A stretch of DNA of 64,000 nucleotides, taken from positions 84,065 through 148,064 of the forward strand of contig JBBROB010000013.1 of NCBI GenBank assembly GCA_038229825.1, read 5' to 3'. Of this stretch, positions 1 through 10,973 are shown piece by piece; the stretch's first letter is position 1; every line of letters starts with the position of its first letter. Source of the stretch: Mycobacteriales bacterium. GTDB taxonomy: Bacteria; Actinomycetota; Actinomycetes; Mycobacteriales; Nakamurellaceae. Under the pieces are notes generated by a model, which made no database searches, had not been told where the DNA came from, and saw only the letters and a program-made list of their open reading frames with translations. Made by a program: the position numbers and the translations under genes.

Positions 1-1107
1 GCGCAGGTGGCAGTGGCCCTGCTGGCCAGGTCGCGGCGGGCATCGACCGCGCAGGAGTCGGTGGATGCAGCCAGATCGGCCCGACGGCACGAAATGCTCC
101 GGCTCGCCTGCGCCGATCTGCTCGGTTTGATCGATGTCAGTGCTGTCGCCGCCGGCTTGACCGGCGTCGCCGAGGCCTCGTTGCAGGCGGCCTACGAGGT
201 GTCGCTCAAGCAGGTCGCCGCTGCCCGCGGCGGTGCGGTACGGGGTCGGCTGGCGGTGATCGGTATGGGCCGGCTCGGTGGGGCCGAACTCGGCTACTCG
301 TCGGACGCCGATGTGATGTACGTGGCCGAAGCCCTGCCGGGGCAGGGCAGCCGGGACGGACTGGACGACATGACCGCGGTGGCCGACCTGATGGCTCGGC
401 TGCTGGCCCGGCCGACACCGGATCCACCGCTGCTGGTCGATGCCAACCTGCGGCCGGAGGGCCGGAACGGACCGCTGGTCCGCACACTGGAGGCCTACCG
501 CTCGTATTGGCAGAAGTTCGCGGCGCCCTGGGAACGGCAGGCGCTGTTGCGCGCTCGGCCGATCGTCGGCGACCAGGAGCTGGGCCGGGCCTTCGTCGCC
601 GCAGCCGATGACTTCCGTTATCCGGTCGGTGGTCTCGATGGCAGGGACGTGGTGGAGATCAGGCGGATCAAGGCCAGGGTCGATGCCGAGCGGCTGCCCA
701 GGGGCGCGGATCCGACCACTCACACCAAGCTGGGTCGTGGTGGTCTGTCCGATGTCGAGTGGACGGTGCAGTTGCTCCAACTCCAGCACGCGGCGGAGGT
801 GCCTGCGCTGCGCACCACCCGGACGCTGCCGGCCATTGACGCAGCGGCAAGGGCCGGAATCATCACCGCCGCCGATGCCGAATCGCTGAGCGGGGGATGG
901 CTGGAGGCGACCAGAACCCGGAATGCGCTGATGTTGGTACGGGGGAAGCCGGAGGATCAGATCCCCACCCATGGCCGGGAGTTGACAGGAGTGGCCAGGG
1001 CGCTGGGCTATCCGGCCACCGGCGATCCTGGCCAGTTCGTGGACGACTACCGGCGGGCGACCCGCCGCGCCAGACGAGTCGTCGACAGGCTGTTCGACAG
1101 CGCTTGA
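1..1107 (+). CDS. glnE: Glutamine synthetase adenylyltransferase/adenylyl-removing enzyme GlnE, C-terminal part (5' end cut by the window edge)
   Basis: The reading frame is open from base 1. The translation has a nucleotidyltransferase core 'GMGRLGGAELGYSSDADVMYV' and 'LVDANLRPEG', followed by a GlnE/GlnD-type helical C-terminal region. Stop at 1105-1107. Confidence 0.8.
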   Translation, partial: AQVAVALLARSRRASTAQESVDAARSARRHEMLRLACADLLGLIDVSAVAAGLTGVAEASLQAAYEVSLKQVAAARGGAVRGRLAVIGMGRLGGAELGYSSDADVMYVAEALPGQGSRDGLDDMTAVADLMARLLARPTPDPPLLVDANLRPEGRNGPLVRTLEAYRSYWQKFAAPWERQALLRARPIVGDQELGRAFVAAADDFRYPVGGLDGRDVVEIRRIKARVDAERLPRGADPTTHTKLGRGGLSDVEWTVQLLQLQHAAEVPALRTTRTLPAIDAAARAGIITAADAESLSGGWLEATRTRNALMLVRGKPEDQIPTHGRELTGVARALGYPATGDPGQFVDDYRRATRRARRVVDRLFDSA

Positions 1108-1135
1108 CGTCCGGGGCCGCCGCCGGTCTGGGAGG

Positions 1136-2671
1136 ATGACCGTCGTGTCGACATGGATCTGGATAGTCATCGGGATTGTTGTTGTGCTGGCGATCGGTCT
1201 CGGGACGGGGTTGGCCCTCGGGCGCCGTCGGAAGATCTCGCTGGTCGAGCCGCCGGCGACGGCGCTGGAACCAGAGGTCGGCAAACCACCGGCGAAGGGC
1301 GGTTACCGAGCCGGTGGCTCGATCTCCTTCAGCGCCGGTTCGACCGCGCTGGCCGAGCCGCCCGGCCCCCCCGCTCCGGTCACCGGCCCTCCCGTCACCC
1401 GCCCCCCCGCTCCCGTCACCGGCCCGCCCGCTCCCGTCACCGGCCCGCCGCACGTCACCGAACGCACGGATCCGGAACGCACGGAGACCGACGGCCAGCC
1501 GGGCGTCGGCGACGACGCGTCCGTGCCGCGGGACTCGGTACGGCGAGAAATGGTCGACGTCGCGCTGCCGGAGGCGGACGTGCCGTCCGTGGACGTACCC
1601 CCCGTGGACGTACCCGCCGCGGACCTCACCCCCGCGGACGTGACCTCCGACCCGATTCCGACGATCGAGGAATTCCTGGTCGACGAACCGGTGATCGAGG
1701 AGTTGGCCTCGGCGCCCCCGGTGGACGAGATCGCACCGACAGCGGGCCGGCTGGGCCGGCTGCGCGGCCGGTTGTCGAGGTCGCAGAACGCCTTCGGCCG
1801 ATCGCTGCTGGGTCTGCTCGGCGCCGGCACCCTCGACGAGGACTCTTGGACCGATGTCGAGGACACCCTGCTGATGGCGGACCTCGGTGCGGGCGCCGCG
1901 GCCGAGATCACCGAAAAGCTGCGCCGTGAGGTGGCCACCCACGGCGTGACCGACTCGATCTCCGCCAGGGCCCTGCTCCGGCGGGTGTTGATCGAAGCAG
2001 TGGAAACCGACGCCAAGGGACAGGTGCCGGACCGGACGGTGCGTGCGCTGCCGCACGACGGCCGGCCGTCGGTGCTGCTGGTGGTCGGGGTCAACGGCAC
2101 GGGCAAGACCACCACCACCGGCAAGCTGGCCAGGGTCCTTGTCGCCGACGGACGCCACGTCGTGCTCGGCGCCGCTGACACCTTCCGGGCCGCCGCGGCC
2201 GACCAACTGCAGACCTGGGGCGAACGGGCCGGCGCCACCGTCGTCCGGTCCGCGGCCGGTGCCGACCCGGCCGCCGTCGCCTTCGACGCGGTCGCCAGGG
2301 GCATCGCCGAAGGGGCGGATGCAGTGATCATCGATACCGCCGGTCGCCTGCACACCAAGACCGGCCTGATGGACGAGCTCGGCAAGGTCAAGCGGGTCAT
2401 CGAGAAGCAGGCGAAGGTGGACGAAATCCTGCTGGTGCTCGATGCCACCACCGGGCAGAACGGCCTGGTGCAGGCCAGGGTCTTCTCCGAGGTGGTCGAT
2501 GTCACCGGCATCGTGCTGACCAAGCTCGACGGGACTGCCAAGGGCGGCATCGTCGTTGCCGTCCAGCGGGCACTGGGCGTGCCGGTGAAACTCGTCGGTC
2601 TCGGCGAGGGCCCGGATGATCTGGCACCGTTCGAACCGGCCGCCTTTGTCGACGCGTTACTCGGTGACTGA
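1136..2671 (+). CDS. ftsY: Signal recognition particle receptor FtsY, with an N-terminal TM helix and a Pro-rich acidic linker
   Basis: GGGAGG lies just upstream of the ATG at 1136. The C-terminal SRP GTPase domain shows 'VVGVNGTGKTTTTGKLA', 'DTAGRLH' and 'LTKLDGTAKGG'. An N-terminal hydrophobic segment 'WIWIVIGIVVVLAIGLG' is present. Confidence 0.9.
   Translation: MTVVSTWIWIVIGIVVVLAIGLGTGLALGRRRKISLVEPPATALEPEVGKPPAKGGYRAGGSISFSAGSTALAEPPGPPAPVTGPPVTRPPAPVTGPPAPVTGPPHVTERTDPERTETDGQPGVGDDASVPRDSVRREMVDVALPEADVPSVDVPPVDVPAADLTPADVTSDPIPTIEEFLVDEPVIEELASAPPVDEIAPTAGRLGRLRGRLSRSQNAFGRSLLGLLGAGTLDEDSWTDVEDTLLMADLGAGAAAEITEKLRREVATHGVTDSISARALLRRVLIEAVETDAKGQVPDRTVRALPHDGRPSVLLVVGVNGTGKTTTTGKLARVLVADGRHVVLGAADTFRAAAADQLQTWGERAGATVVRSAAGADPAAVAFDAVARGIAEGADAVIIDTAGRLHTKTGLMDELGKVKRVIEKQAKVDEILLVLDATTGQNGLVQARVFSEVVDVTGIVLTKLDGTAKGGIVVAVQRALGVPVKLVGLGEGPDDLAPFEPAAFVDALLGD
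1370..1447 (+). repeat. In-frame 21-nt tandem repeat (unit CCCGCTCCCGTCACCGGCCCG = P-A-P-V-T-G-P) inside ftsY
   Basis: There are two perfect adjacent 21-nt copies at 1406-1426 and 1427-1447, and a diverged copy at about 1370-1390. A second shorter VDVP-type repeat follows at about 1589-1645. Confidence 0.8.
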
Positions 2672-2720
2672 CCGATCACGCACAGCAAGTTGGAATTCCG
2701 ACCAGGCAATTCACCCACCA

Positions 2721-2800
2721 GAAACATCAGCGCAACAGGACCGAAACCCCAAAACGTCCGAGTTCACGGGCGCGAAACAAGAACGGCCGCGCCAGGAAAC
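2721..2800 (+). promoter_or_regulatory. Candidate GlnR-type operator boxes (11-nt phased xxAAC pentamers) upstream of amt
   Basis: GAAAC(2721)-n6-GCAAC(2732)-n6-GAAAC(2743), then TTCAC(2763)-n6-GAAAC(2774) and GAAAC(2796, in 22-nt phase). This resembles the actinobacterial GlnR box gTnAc-n6-GaAAc, 55-135 bp upstream of the amt start. Confidence 0.4.
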
Positions 2801-2869
2801 AACCTCCGGTGAAGCTGGGCTGGTTCGCGGATCACTCGATCCCACTCCATCCCCATGCCTGGAGGTTTG

Positions 2870-4602
<1,733 letters not shown>

Positions 4603-4605
4603 CAC

Positions 4606-6969
4606 ATGGTCATCTCCCCGTCGGAGTCGAACAGGCTGGATCCCGAACGGGGCGGATTCGCAGAATTGAGAGCCCAGCTGCTGGGCCGGACCGGTATCCC
4701 CGGCCCGGCCCGGCGGCGGGCTCTTGCCCGACTCACCGACGGTTGGTTGGCCGGACTGGCCGCTGATGCCGGCGTGAACGTCGGCGGAGTGGCCCTGGTA
4801 GCCGTCGGCGGGTTCGGTCGGGGGGAGTTGTCGCCGTTCTCGGATCTCGACCTGGTGCTGTTGCACTCCACCGAAACTCCTGTGTCGTACGCCGAAATGC
4901 TCGCCGAGCGGCTGTGGTACCCGATCTGGGATTCCGGCATTCGGCTCGATCATTCGGTGCGCTCGGTCGGTGGTGCCCGCCAGATCGCCAAGCAGGACCT
5001 GCCGGTGGTGCTGGGCATGCTCGATCTGCGGCACATCGCCGGCGATCCGGAGTTGGCCGCAACGCTCCACCGCCGGGTGCTGGCGGACTGGCGGTCCGAT
5101 GCCAAAGACCGGCTACCGGCGCTGCTGGCGTCCTGCAAGGAGCGGGCCGACCGCAGCGGAGAGCTCGCCTTCGCCACCACACCCGACCTCAAGGAATCCC
5201 GCGGTGGTCTGCGCGACCTGGTGGTGATGCGGGCCGTGGCGGCCTCCTGGCTCGCCGACTGCCCACACCAGGGATTGGAGGAGGCCAGGTCCGCCCTGCT
5301 GGACGTGCGCGACGCGGTGCAGACGGTGACCGGAAGGGCCACCGACCGGCTGCAGCAGCAGGACCAGGACGCGGTCGCCGACCTGATGGGGCTGGACGAT
5401 CGGGACATGTTGCTGCGCCACGTTTCGGCGATCGGCCGCACGGTCGTCCATGCCAGCGATCTGACCTGGCACCGGGTCGGCCGGGTACTGGCCGGACCGG
5501 GCCGCGGCGCGCTCACCGATGTGGACGGCCGACTGGTCCGGCGGCCCGATCGCACGCCGTTGGCCGACGGGATCGTCGAACAGGACGGCGAGGCCGTCCT
5601 GGCGCGAAATGTCAACCCGGCCACGGCGCCCGCCCTTGCCCTGCGTGCCGCCGCCGCCGCCGCCCAGGCCGGCCTGCCGGTGTCGCCGGCCACCGTTGTC
5701 CGGCTCGCCAGGACCCGTCCGGTGATGCCGGAACCCTGGCCCCCGGTGGCGCTGGATGCATTTCTGTCCCTGCTCGGGGCAGGTGAACCGATGATCACCG
5801 CGTGGGAGGGTCTGGATCAGGCCGGGTTGATCGCCGAGTTGATCCCCGGCTGGGAACGGCTCCGTTCGCTGCCGCAGCGCGACCCCATTCACCTGTTCAC
5901 GGTGGACCGTCACCTGATGCAGACGGCGGTCAACGCCTCCGCCCTGGTGCGGCGGGTGTCCCGACCGGACCTGCTGCTGCTGGCGGCGATCTTCCACGAC
6001 ATCGGCAAGGGCCTGGAGGGTGATCACTCGACGGTAGGGGCCGAGATGATTCCGTCCTGGCTGGGTCGGATCGGTGTTGCCAAACCCGACATCGAGATCA
6101 TCCGATGCCTCGTCCAGCACCATCTGCTGCTGGCAGAGACGGCAGCGCACCGCGATCCCGACGATCCGGCGACCATCGCCAAGGTGGTGGCCGCCCTCGA
6201 TGCGGAGTCGCCGGCCGCGGTGTTGGATCTGCTGCACGCGCTGACCGAGGCCGACGCCACCGCCGCCGGGCCGGCGGCCTGGTCGACCTGGAAGGCCAAC
6301 CAGGTCAGGTACCTGGTCGATCGGGTGCGATCGGCGCTGGCCGGCGAACCGCTGCCCGACGCGGGGGAGCTCAGCGATACCGAGGCGCAGCTGATCGCCG
6401 CCGGCGGCCCCGGCATCGTCATCCGGCCGGGCAGCACCGGGCTCGAGGTCACCGTGGCGGCACCCGACCGGACGGGGCTGCTGGCCGCTGCGGCCGGTGT
6501 GCTGACCGTTCATCGGCTGACGATCCGGGCCGCGTCGGTCCGCACGATCGAGCGCATCGGTCTGCAGACCTGGAGCGTGACTCCCGAGTTCGGTGATCCG
6601 CCGGAATCCTCGACGCTGCGGGCAGACCTGGTCAAGGCATTGGACGGCTCCCTCGACCTGGCCGCCCGACTGGCCAAGCGGGCTCGTGCCCGGCGGGCAA
6701 CGGTGGCTGCTCCGCCGAGCGTCCAGGTGATGCGCGGCGCCTCCGACCGGGCGATGGTTCTCGAGGTCAGAGCGCACGACACACCGGGGCTGCTGCACTC
6801 GGTGGCGTCGACCCTGGCCACCCTCGAGGTCGATGTGACCTCCGCCCGGGTGGACACCCTCGGTGCCGAAGTCGTCGACATCTTCTACCTGGTGGGCGCC
6901 GACGGGGCGAGAATCACCCCGGCCCGCGGCACGGAGATCGTCGCGGCCGTGGTCGCGGCGCTGGGATAG
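4606..6969 (+). CDS. glnD: [Protein-PII] uridylyl/adenylyl-transferase GlnD
   Basis: 787 aa. N-terminal nucleotidyltransferase 'VAVGGFGRGELSPFSDLDLVLL', an HD domain 'IFHDIGKG', and two C-terminal ACT-like segments. Canonical amt-glnB-glnD order. Confidence 0.9.
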   Translation: MVISPSESNRLDPERGGFAELRAQLLGRTGIPGPARRRALARLTDGWLAGLAADAGVNVGGVALVAVGGFGRGELSPFSDLDLVLLHSTETPVSYAEMLAERLWYPIWDSGIRLDHSVRSVGGARQIAKQDLPVVLGMLDLRHIAGDPELAATLHRRVLADWRSDAKDRLPALLASCKERADRSGELAFATTPDLKESRGGLRDLVVMRAVAASWLADCPHQGLEEARSALLDVRDAVQTVTGRATDRLQQQDQDAVADLMGLDDRDMLLRHVSAIGRTVVHASDLTWHRVGRVLAGPGRGALTDVDGRLVRRPDRTPLADGIVEQDGEAVLARNVNPATAPALALRAAAAAAQAGLPVSPATVVRLARTRPVMPEPWPPVALDAFLSLLGAGEPMITAWEGLDQAGLIAELIPGWERLRSLPQRDPIHLFTVDRHLMQTAVNASALVRRVSRPDLLLLAAIFHDIGKGLEGDHSTVGAEMIPSWLGRIGVAKPDIEIIRCLVQHHLLLAETAAHRDPDDPATIAKVVAALDAESPAAVLDLLHALTEADATAAGPAAWSTWKANQVRYLVDRVRSALAGEPLPDAGELSDTEAQLIAAGGPGIVIRPGSTGLEVTVAAPDRTGLLAAAAGVLTVHRLTIRAASVRTIERIGLQTWSVTPEFGDPPESSTLRADLVKALDGSLDLAARLAKRARARRATVAAPPSVQVMRGASDRAMVLEVRAHDTPGLLHSVASTLATLEVDVTSARVDTLGAEVVDIFYLVGADGARITPARGTEIVAAVVAALG

Positions 6970-6979
6970 CCTGGCTTCT

Positions 6980-8521
6980 GTGTTCGACACCCTTTCCGAT
7001 CGCCTTGCCACCGTCTTTTCCAGTCTGCGGGGCAAAGGCCGGCTGTCCGCGGCCGACATCGACGCCACCGCACGCGAGATCCGTATCGCGCTGCTGGAAG
7101 CGGACGTGGCGCTTCCCGTCGTCCGTACGTTCATCGCCGCGGTCAAGGAGAAGTCCACTGCCGCGATGATCTCGGCGGCGCTGAACCCCGCCCAGCAGGT
7201 CATCAAGATCGTCAACGATGAGCTGGTCAGCATTCTCGGCGGCGAAACGCGCCGGCTGGTGTTCGCCAAGAACCCGCCGACGGTGATCATGCTGGCCGGT
7301 CTGCAAGGTGCCGGCAAGACCACGCTGGCCGGCAAGCTGGCACTGTGGCTGCGCAATCAGGGTCACGCGCCGCTGTTGGTCGCGTGTGACCTGCAGCGAC
7401 CGAATGCGGTCACGCAGCTGCAGGTGGTCGGGGAGCAGGCAGGGGTGGCGGTGTTCGCCCCGGAACCGGGTAACGGCGTCGGTAACCCGGTGGCGGTGGC
7501 CAGGGCCGGCATCGAATTCGCCAGAACCAAGCAGCACGACATCGTCATCGTCGACACGGCCGGCCGGCTCGGTGTCGACGCCGAGCTGATGCAGCAGGCC
7601 TCGGACATCCGAGATGCCGTCCAACCCAACGAGATCCTGTTCGTCCTCGACGCGATGATCGGTCAGGACGCGGTCAACACCGCCCAGTCCTTCGCCGACG
7701 GCGTCGGCTTCACCGGAGTGGTGCTCACCAAGCTCGATGGCGACGCTCGCGGTGGCGCCGCGCTCAGCGTGCGGCAGATCACCGGTGTGCCGATCATGTT
7801 CGCCTCGACCGGCGAGAAACTGGCGGACTTCGACACCTTCCACCCGGATCGGATGGCCTCCCGGATCCTGGGTATGGGCGACATGCTGACCCTGATCGAG
7901 CAGGCTGAGCAGCACTTCGAGGCCGATCAGGCCGAGGCGATGGCCACCAAGCTGGCCGGCAACGACTTCACTCTGGACGACTTCCTGCAACAGATGATGA
8001 TGCTGCGCAAGATGGGCCCGATCGGCGGCCTCCTTGGCATGCTGCCCGGTGCCGGTCAGATGAAAGAGGCACTGGCGAACGTCGATGACCGGGACATCGA
8101 TCGCACCGCCGCGATCATCCAGTCGATGACGCCGGGGGAGCGGCAGGACCCCAAGATCATCAATTCATCCCGGCGGCAGCGCATCGCCAAAGGCTCCGGA
8201 TCAACGGTGACGCAGGTCAACGCCCTCGTCGACCGGTTCTTCGAGGCCCGCAAGATGATGTCGGCGATGGCCGGCCGGTTCGGGTTCCCCGGCGCGCGCA
8301 ACAATCGCAAGGCGGTCAAGGGCCGAAAAGGCAAGAAGGGCAAGGTGTCGGGCCGCGGGCCGACACCGCCAAAGATCAAGGGGGGCATGCCGGCCGGCTT
8401 CCCCGGCATGCCGGGCATGGGGATGGGTGGTGCCGGCGCGCCGCAGCTGCCGGCGAACTTCGGGCTCGATCAACTGCCGCCCGGTTTCGATCCGTCGCAG
8501 TTGAAGTTCCCGAAGAAGTGA
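6980..8521 (+). CDS. ffh: Signal recognition particle protein Ffh
   Basis: GTG at 6980 gives the canonical N-terminus 'VFDTLSDRLATVFSSLRGKGRLS'. Also present: 'LAGLQGAGKTT', 'DTAGRL', 'LTKLDGDARGG', and an M domain with a Gly/Met/Pro-rich tail. The upstream part of the 6863 ORF overlaps the glnD 3' end and is not needed. Confidence 0.95.
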   Translation: MFDTLSDRLATVFSSLRGKGRLSAADIDATAREIRIALLEADVALPVVRTFIAAVKEKSTAAMISAALNPAQQVIKIVNDELVSILGGETRRLVFAKNPPTVIMLAGLQGAGKTTLAGKLALWLRNQGHAPLLVACDLQRPNAVTQLQVVGEQAGVAVFAPEPGNGVGNPVAVARAGIEFARTKQHDIVIVDTAGRLGVDAELMQQASDIRDAVQPNEILFVLDAMIGQDAVNTAQSFADGVGFTGVVLTKLDGDARGGAALSVRQITGVPIMFASTGEKLADFDTFHPDRMASRILGMGDMLTLIEQAEQHFEADQAEAMATKLAGNDFTLDDFLQQMMMLRKMGPIGGLLGMLPGAGQMKEALANVDDRDIDRTAAIIQSMTPGERQDPKIINSSRRQRIAKGSGSTVTQVNALVDRFFEARKMMSAMAGRFGFPGARNNRKAVKGRKGKKGKVSGRGPTPPKIKGGMPAGFPGMPGMGMGGAGAPQLPANFGLDQLPPGFDPSQLKFPKK

Positions 8522-9591
8522 GCCGGCCGCCGGCCCTGCACATCACCGGACACGACGCCGCGACCGGCGAACCGGTGGAGTACTGGATGGCCGGCGGGGT
8601 CTTCGTGGATCAGCCGGTATCGGACGCGCTGGAGTTCTCCGGCTGGACGCTGCCCGGTTTCGTCGACGCGCACTGCCATGTCGGGTACTCCGGGGACGGG
8701 GGGGTAACCCTGGAGGAGGCCGAGGAGCAGGCGCGGACCGGTCTGGCGGCCGGGGTGCTGGCGATCCGCGACTGTGGATCGCCCGTCGACACCCGCTCGC
8801 TGACCGACCGGGACGACCTGCCGATCCTGATCAGGGCCGGCCGGCACATCGCCCAGCCAAAGCGCTACATCCGGGATCTCGGCGTCGACCTCGATGATCC
8901 GGCCGACCTGCCCGCCGAGGTGGCGCGGCAGGCCCGCTACGGCGGCGGCTGGATCAAGCTGGTGGGCGACTGGATCGATCGCAGCGTCGGTGAACTCACT
9001 CCGTTGTGGCCCGACGCGGTGCTGGTCGAGGCCATCGAGGTTGCGCACGCGGCGGGCTGCCGAGTGACCGCGCACGTGTTCGGCGAGAGCGCGCTACCGG
9101 GGCTGCTGGCAGCCGGCATCGACTGCATCGAACACGGCACCGGACTCACCGCCGACACCATCGACGAGATGGCGCGCCGCCGGGTCCACCTGGTCCCGAC
9201 CATGATCAACATCGCCAACTTCCCGATGTTCGCCGATGCGGCCAGCCGGTTCCCTTCCTACGCCAGGCACATGCGGGAACTGTACGAACGAAGCGACCAG
9301 ACGATCGGGGCGGCGGTGGAGGCAGGGATCAGCGTCCACGCCGGGACCGATGCCGGCGGTTTCATCGAACACGGCCGGATCGTCGACGAGGTGGTCGAGC
9401 TAGGCCGCATCGGGTTGCCCTCGCGGCAGGTGCTGGACGCGACCAGCCACCAGGCAAGGAACTGGCTGGGGCTCGGTGCGCAGGAGTTCGGCGACTCGGC
9501 CGATTTGACCCTCTACCCGGCCGATCCGGCCGCCGACTTCGAGATCCTGCGGCATCCGGCGGCCGTGATCAGGGCTGGTCGCGTGGTTTAA
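8518..9591 (+). CDS. Amidohydrolase-family metal-dependent hydrolase
   Basis: 357 aa with the metal-binding '[10 protein letters not shown]' motif and later 'HVFGE' and 'IEHGTG'. GTGA start/stop overlap with ffh. Confidence 0.75.
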   Translation: MSRPPALHITGHDAATGEPVEYWMAGGVFVDQPVSDALEFSGWTLPGFVDAHCHVGYSGDGGVTLEEAEEQARTGLAAGVLAIRDCGSPVDTRSLTDRDDLPILIRAGRHIAQPKRYIRDLGVDLDDPADLPAEVARQARYGGGWIKLVGDWIDRSVGELTPLWPDAVLVEAIEVAHAAGCRVTAHVFGESALPGLLAAGIDCIEHGTGLTADTIDEMARRRVHLVPTMINIANFPMFADAASRFPSYARHMRELYERSDQTIGAAVEAGISVHAGTDAGGFIEHGRIVDEVVELGRIGLPSRQVLDATSHQARNWLGLGAQEFGDSADLTLYPADPAADFEILRHPAAVIRAGRVV

Positions 9592-9733
9592 TGATCTGGT
9601 TACGGCTGATGCTCGGCCCCTCTCTCCGAGCTCGGCCGCCATTGGTGCGCCTCGGACCGCTAACCCCACGCGGATCGGATCGCCCGCCCCCTGGCGGAAG
9701 ATTCCGCCGTCATCTTCAAGGAGTTCTTCCCAC

Positions 9734-10207
9734 GTGGCTGTCAAGATCAAGCTCGCTCGCTTCGGCAAGATTCGCGAGCCGTTCTACCGTGTTGTCGTCT
9801 CCGATGCCCGCACCCGCCGTGGCGGTCGTGCCATCGAGGCGATCGGCAAGTACCACCCGAAGCTCGAACCGAGCCTCATCGAAATCGACTCCGAGCGGGC
9901 GCTGTACTGGCTGGGCGTCGGCGCGCAGCCGACCGAGTCCGTGCTGTCCCTGCTCAAGGTGACCGGTGACTGGCAGAAGTTCAAGGGCCTGCCCGGAACC
10001 GAGGGCACGCTCAAGCCGCAGCCCGAGAAGATCGACAAGCGGACGCGCTACGAGGCGGCCATGGCTGCCATCGGAACCGACGATGCGCCCGCCGCCACCA
10101 CGCCGAAGAAGCGCGCAGCCAAGGCTCCCGAGGCTGCTGATGTCGCCGCCGACGCGCCGGCTGCCACCGAGGCCCCGGCCCCGGCCGCGGCCGCCGACGC
10201 CAAGTGA
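9734..10207 (+). CDS. rpsP: 30S ribosomal protein S16, with an actinobacterial Ala/Pro-rich C-terminal extension
   Basis: GTG start preceded by AAGGAG. N-terminus '[41 protein letters not shown]'. Confidence 0.95.
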   Translation: MAVKIKLARFGKIREPFYRVVVSDARTRRGGRAIEAIGKYHPKLEPSLIEIDSERALYWLGVGAQPTESVLSLLKVTGDWQKFKGLPGTEGTLKPQPEKIDKRTRYEAAMAAIGTDDAPAATTPKKRAAKAPEAADVAADAPAATEAPAPAAAADAK

Positions 10208-10443
10208 GTGTGCTCACCGACGCCCTGGAACATCTGGTCCGGGGCATTGTCGAACACGACGAGGATGTCCGGGTCGATCTGACCACCGGGCGTCGTGGCC
10301 GCACGCTGCAGATCCGGGTTCACCCCGATGATCTCGGCAAGGTCATCGGTCGCGGCGGCCGTACGGCCACCGCGCTGCGGACCGTGATGTCGGCTGTCGG
10401 TGGGCGTGGTATCCGGGTCGACGTCGTCGACACCGATCGCTGA
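10204..10443 (+). CDS. KH-domain RNA-binding protein (UPF0109 family)
   Basis: 79 aa with '[20 protein letters not shown]' (GxxG KH loop). GTGA overlap with rpsP. Conserved rpsP-KH-rimM-trmD order. Confidence 0.85.
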   Translation: MSVLTDALEHLVRGIVEHDEDVRVDLTTGRRGRTLQIRVHPDDLGKVIGRGGRTATALRTVMSAVGGRGIRVDVVDTDR

Positions 10444-10463
10444 CCGCACGGCCGGCCGCTCGC

Positions 10464-10973
10464 ATGCCCCAACTACAGGTGGGCCGGATCGGCCGTGCGC
10501 ACGGCATTCGCGGTGAAGTGACGGTCACTCCGTTCACCGATGATCCGGCGGCCCGGTTCGCGGTCGGATCGACGTTGCAGACCGACTCCACGGTCCGTCC
10601 GTCGCTCACCGTGTCCGGCTCGCGGCAGTCCGGTCCGGTACAGGTGGTGGGTTTCGCGGGCATCGTCGACCGGAACACGGCCGAAACCCTTCGTGGTGTG
10701 CACCTGCTGGTGGACGCGGAGTCGCTGCCGGAACCCGAAGACGACGATGAGTTCTACGACCACCAGCTGATCGGCCTTGCCGTGCACAACCCGGCCGGTG
10801 AGCTGCTCGGCGAGGTGGTGGACGTGATGCATCCGCCGGCCGCCCCGGTGCTGGTGGTCAACCGGCCGGACGGTTCGGAGGAACTGGTCCCGTTCGTGCG
10901 GGCGATCGTGCCCGAGGTCGACCTGGCGGCGCGGCGACTGGTGGTCGACCCGCCGGAGGGCATGTTCGCGTGA
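10464..10973 (+). CDS. rimM: 16S rRNA processing protein RimM
   Basis: 169 aa, 'LQVGRIGRAHGIRGEV' N-terminal barrel, 'EFYDHQLIGL' and a PRC barrel C-terminus. Conserved position. Confidence 0.9.
   Translation: MPQLQVGRIGRAHGIRGEVTVTPFTDDPAARFAVGSTLQTDSTVRPSLTVSGSRQSGPVQVVGFAGIVDRNTAETLRGVHLLVDAESLPEPEDDDEFYDHQLIGLAVHNPAGELLGEVVDVMHPPAAPVLVVNRPDGSEELVPFVRAIVPEVDLAARRLVVDPPEGMFA

Noticed and set aside
863-2353. 496-aa ORF on the minus strand
   Set aside because: It is antisense to ftsY and the glnE 3' end. The Arg/Gly/Pro-rich, low-complexity translation is typical of shadow ORFs in high-GC DNA. The plus-strand genes have clear family motifs.
5113-7356. 747-aa ORF on the minus strand
   Set aside because: It is antisense to glnD and ffh and has no recognisable domains. 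It is a high-GC shadow frame.
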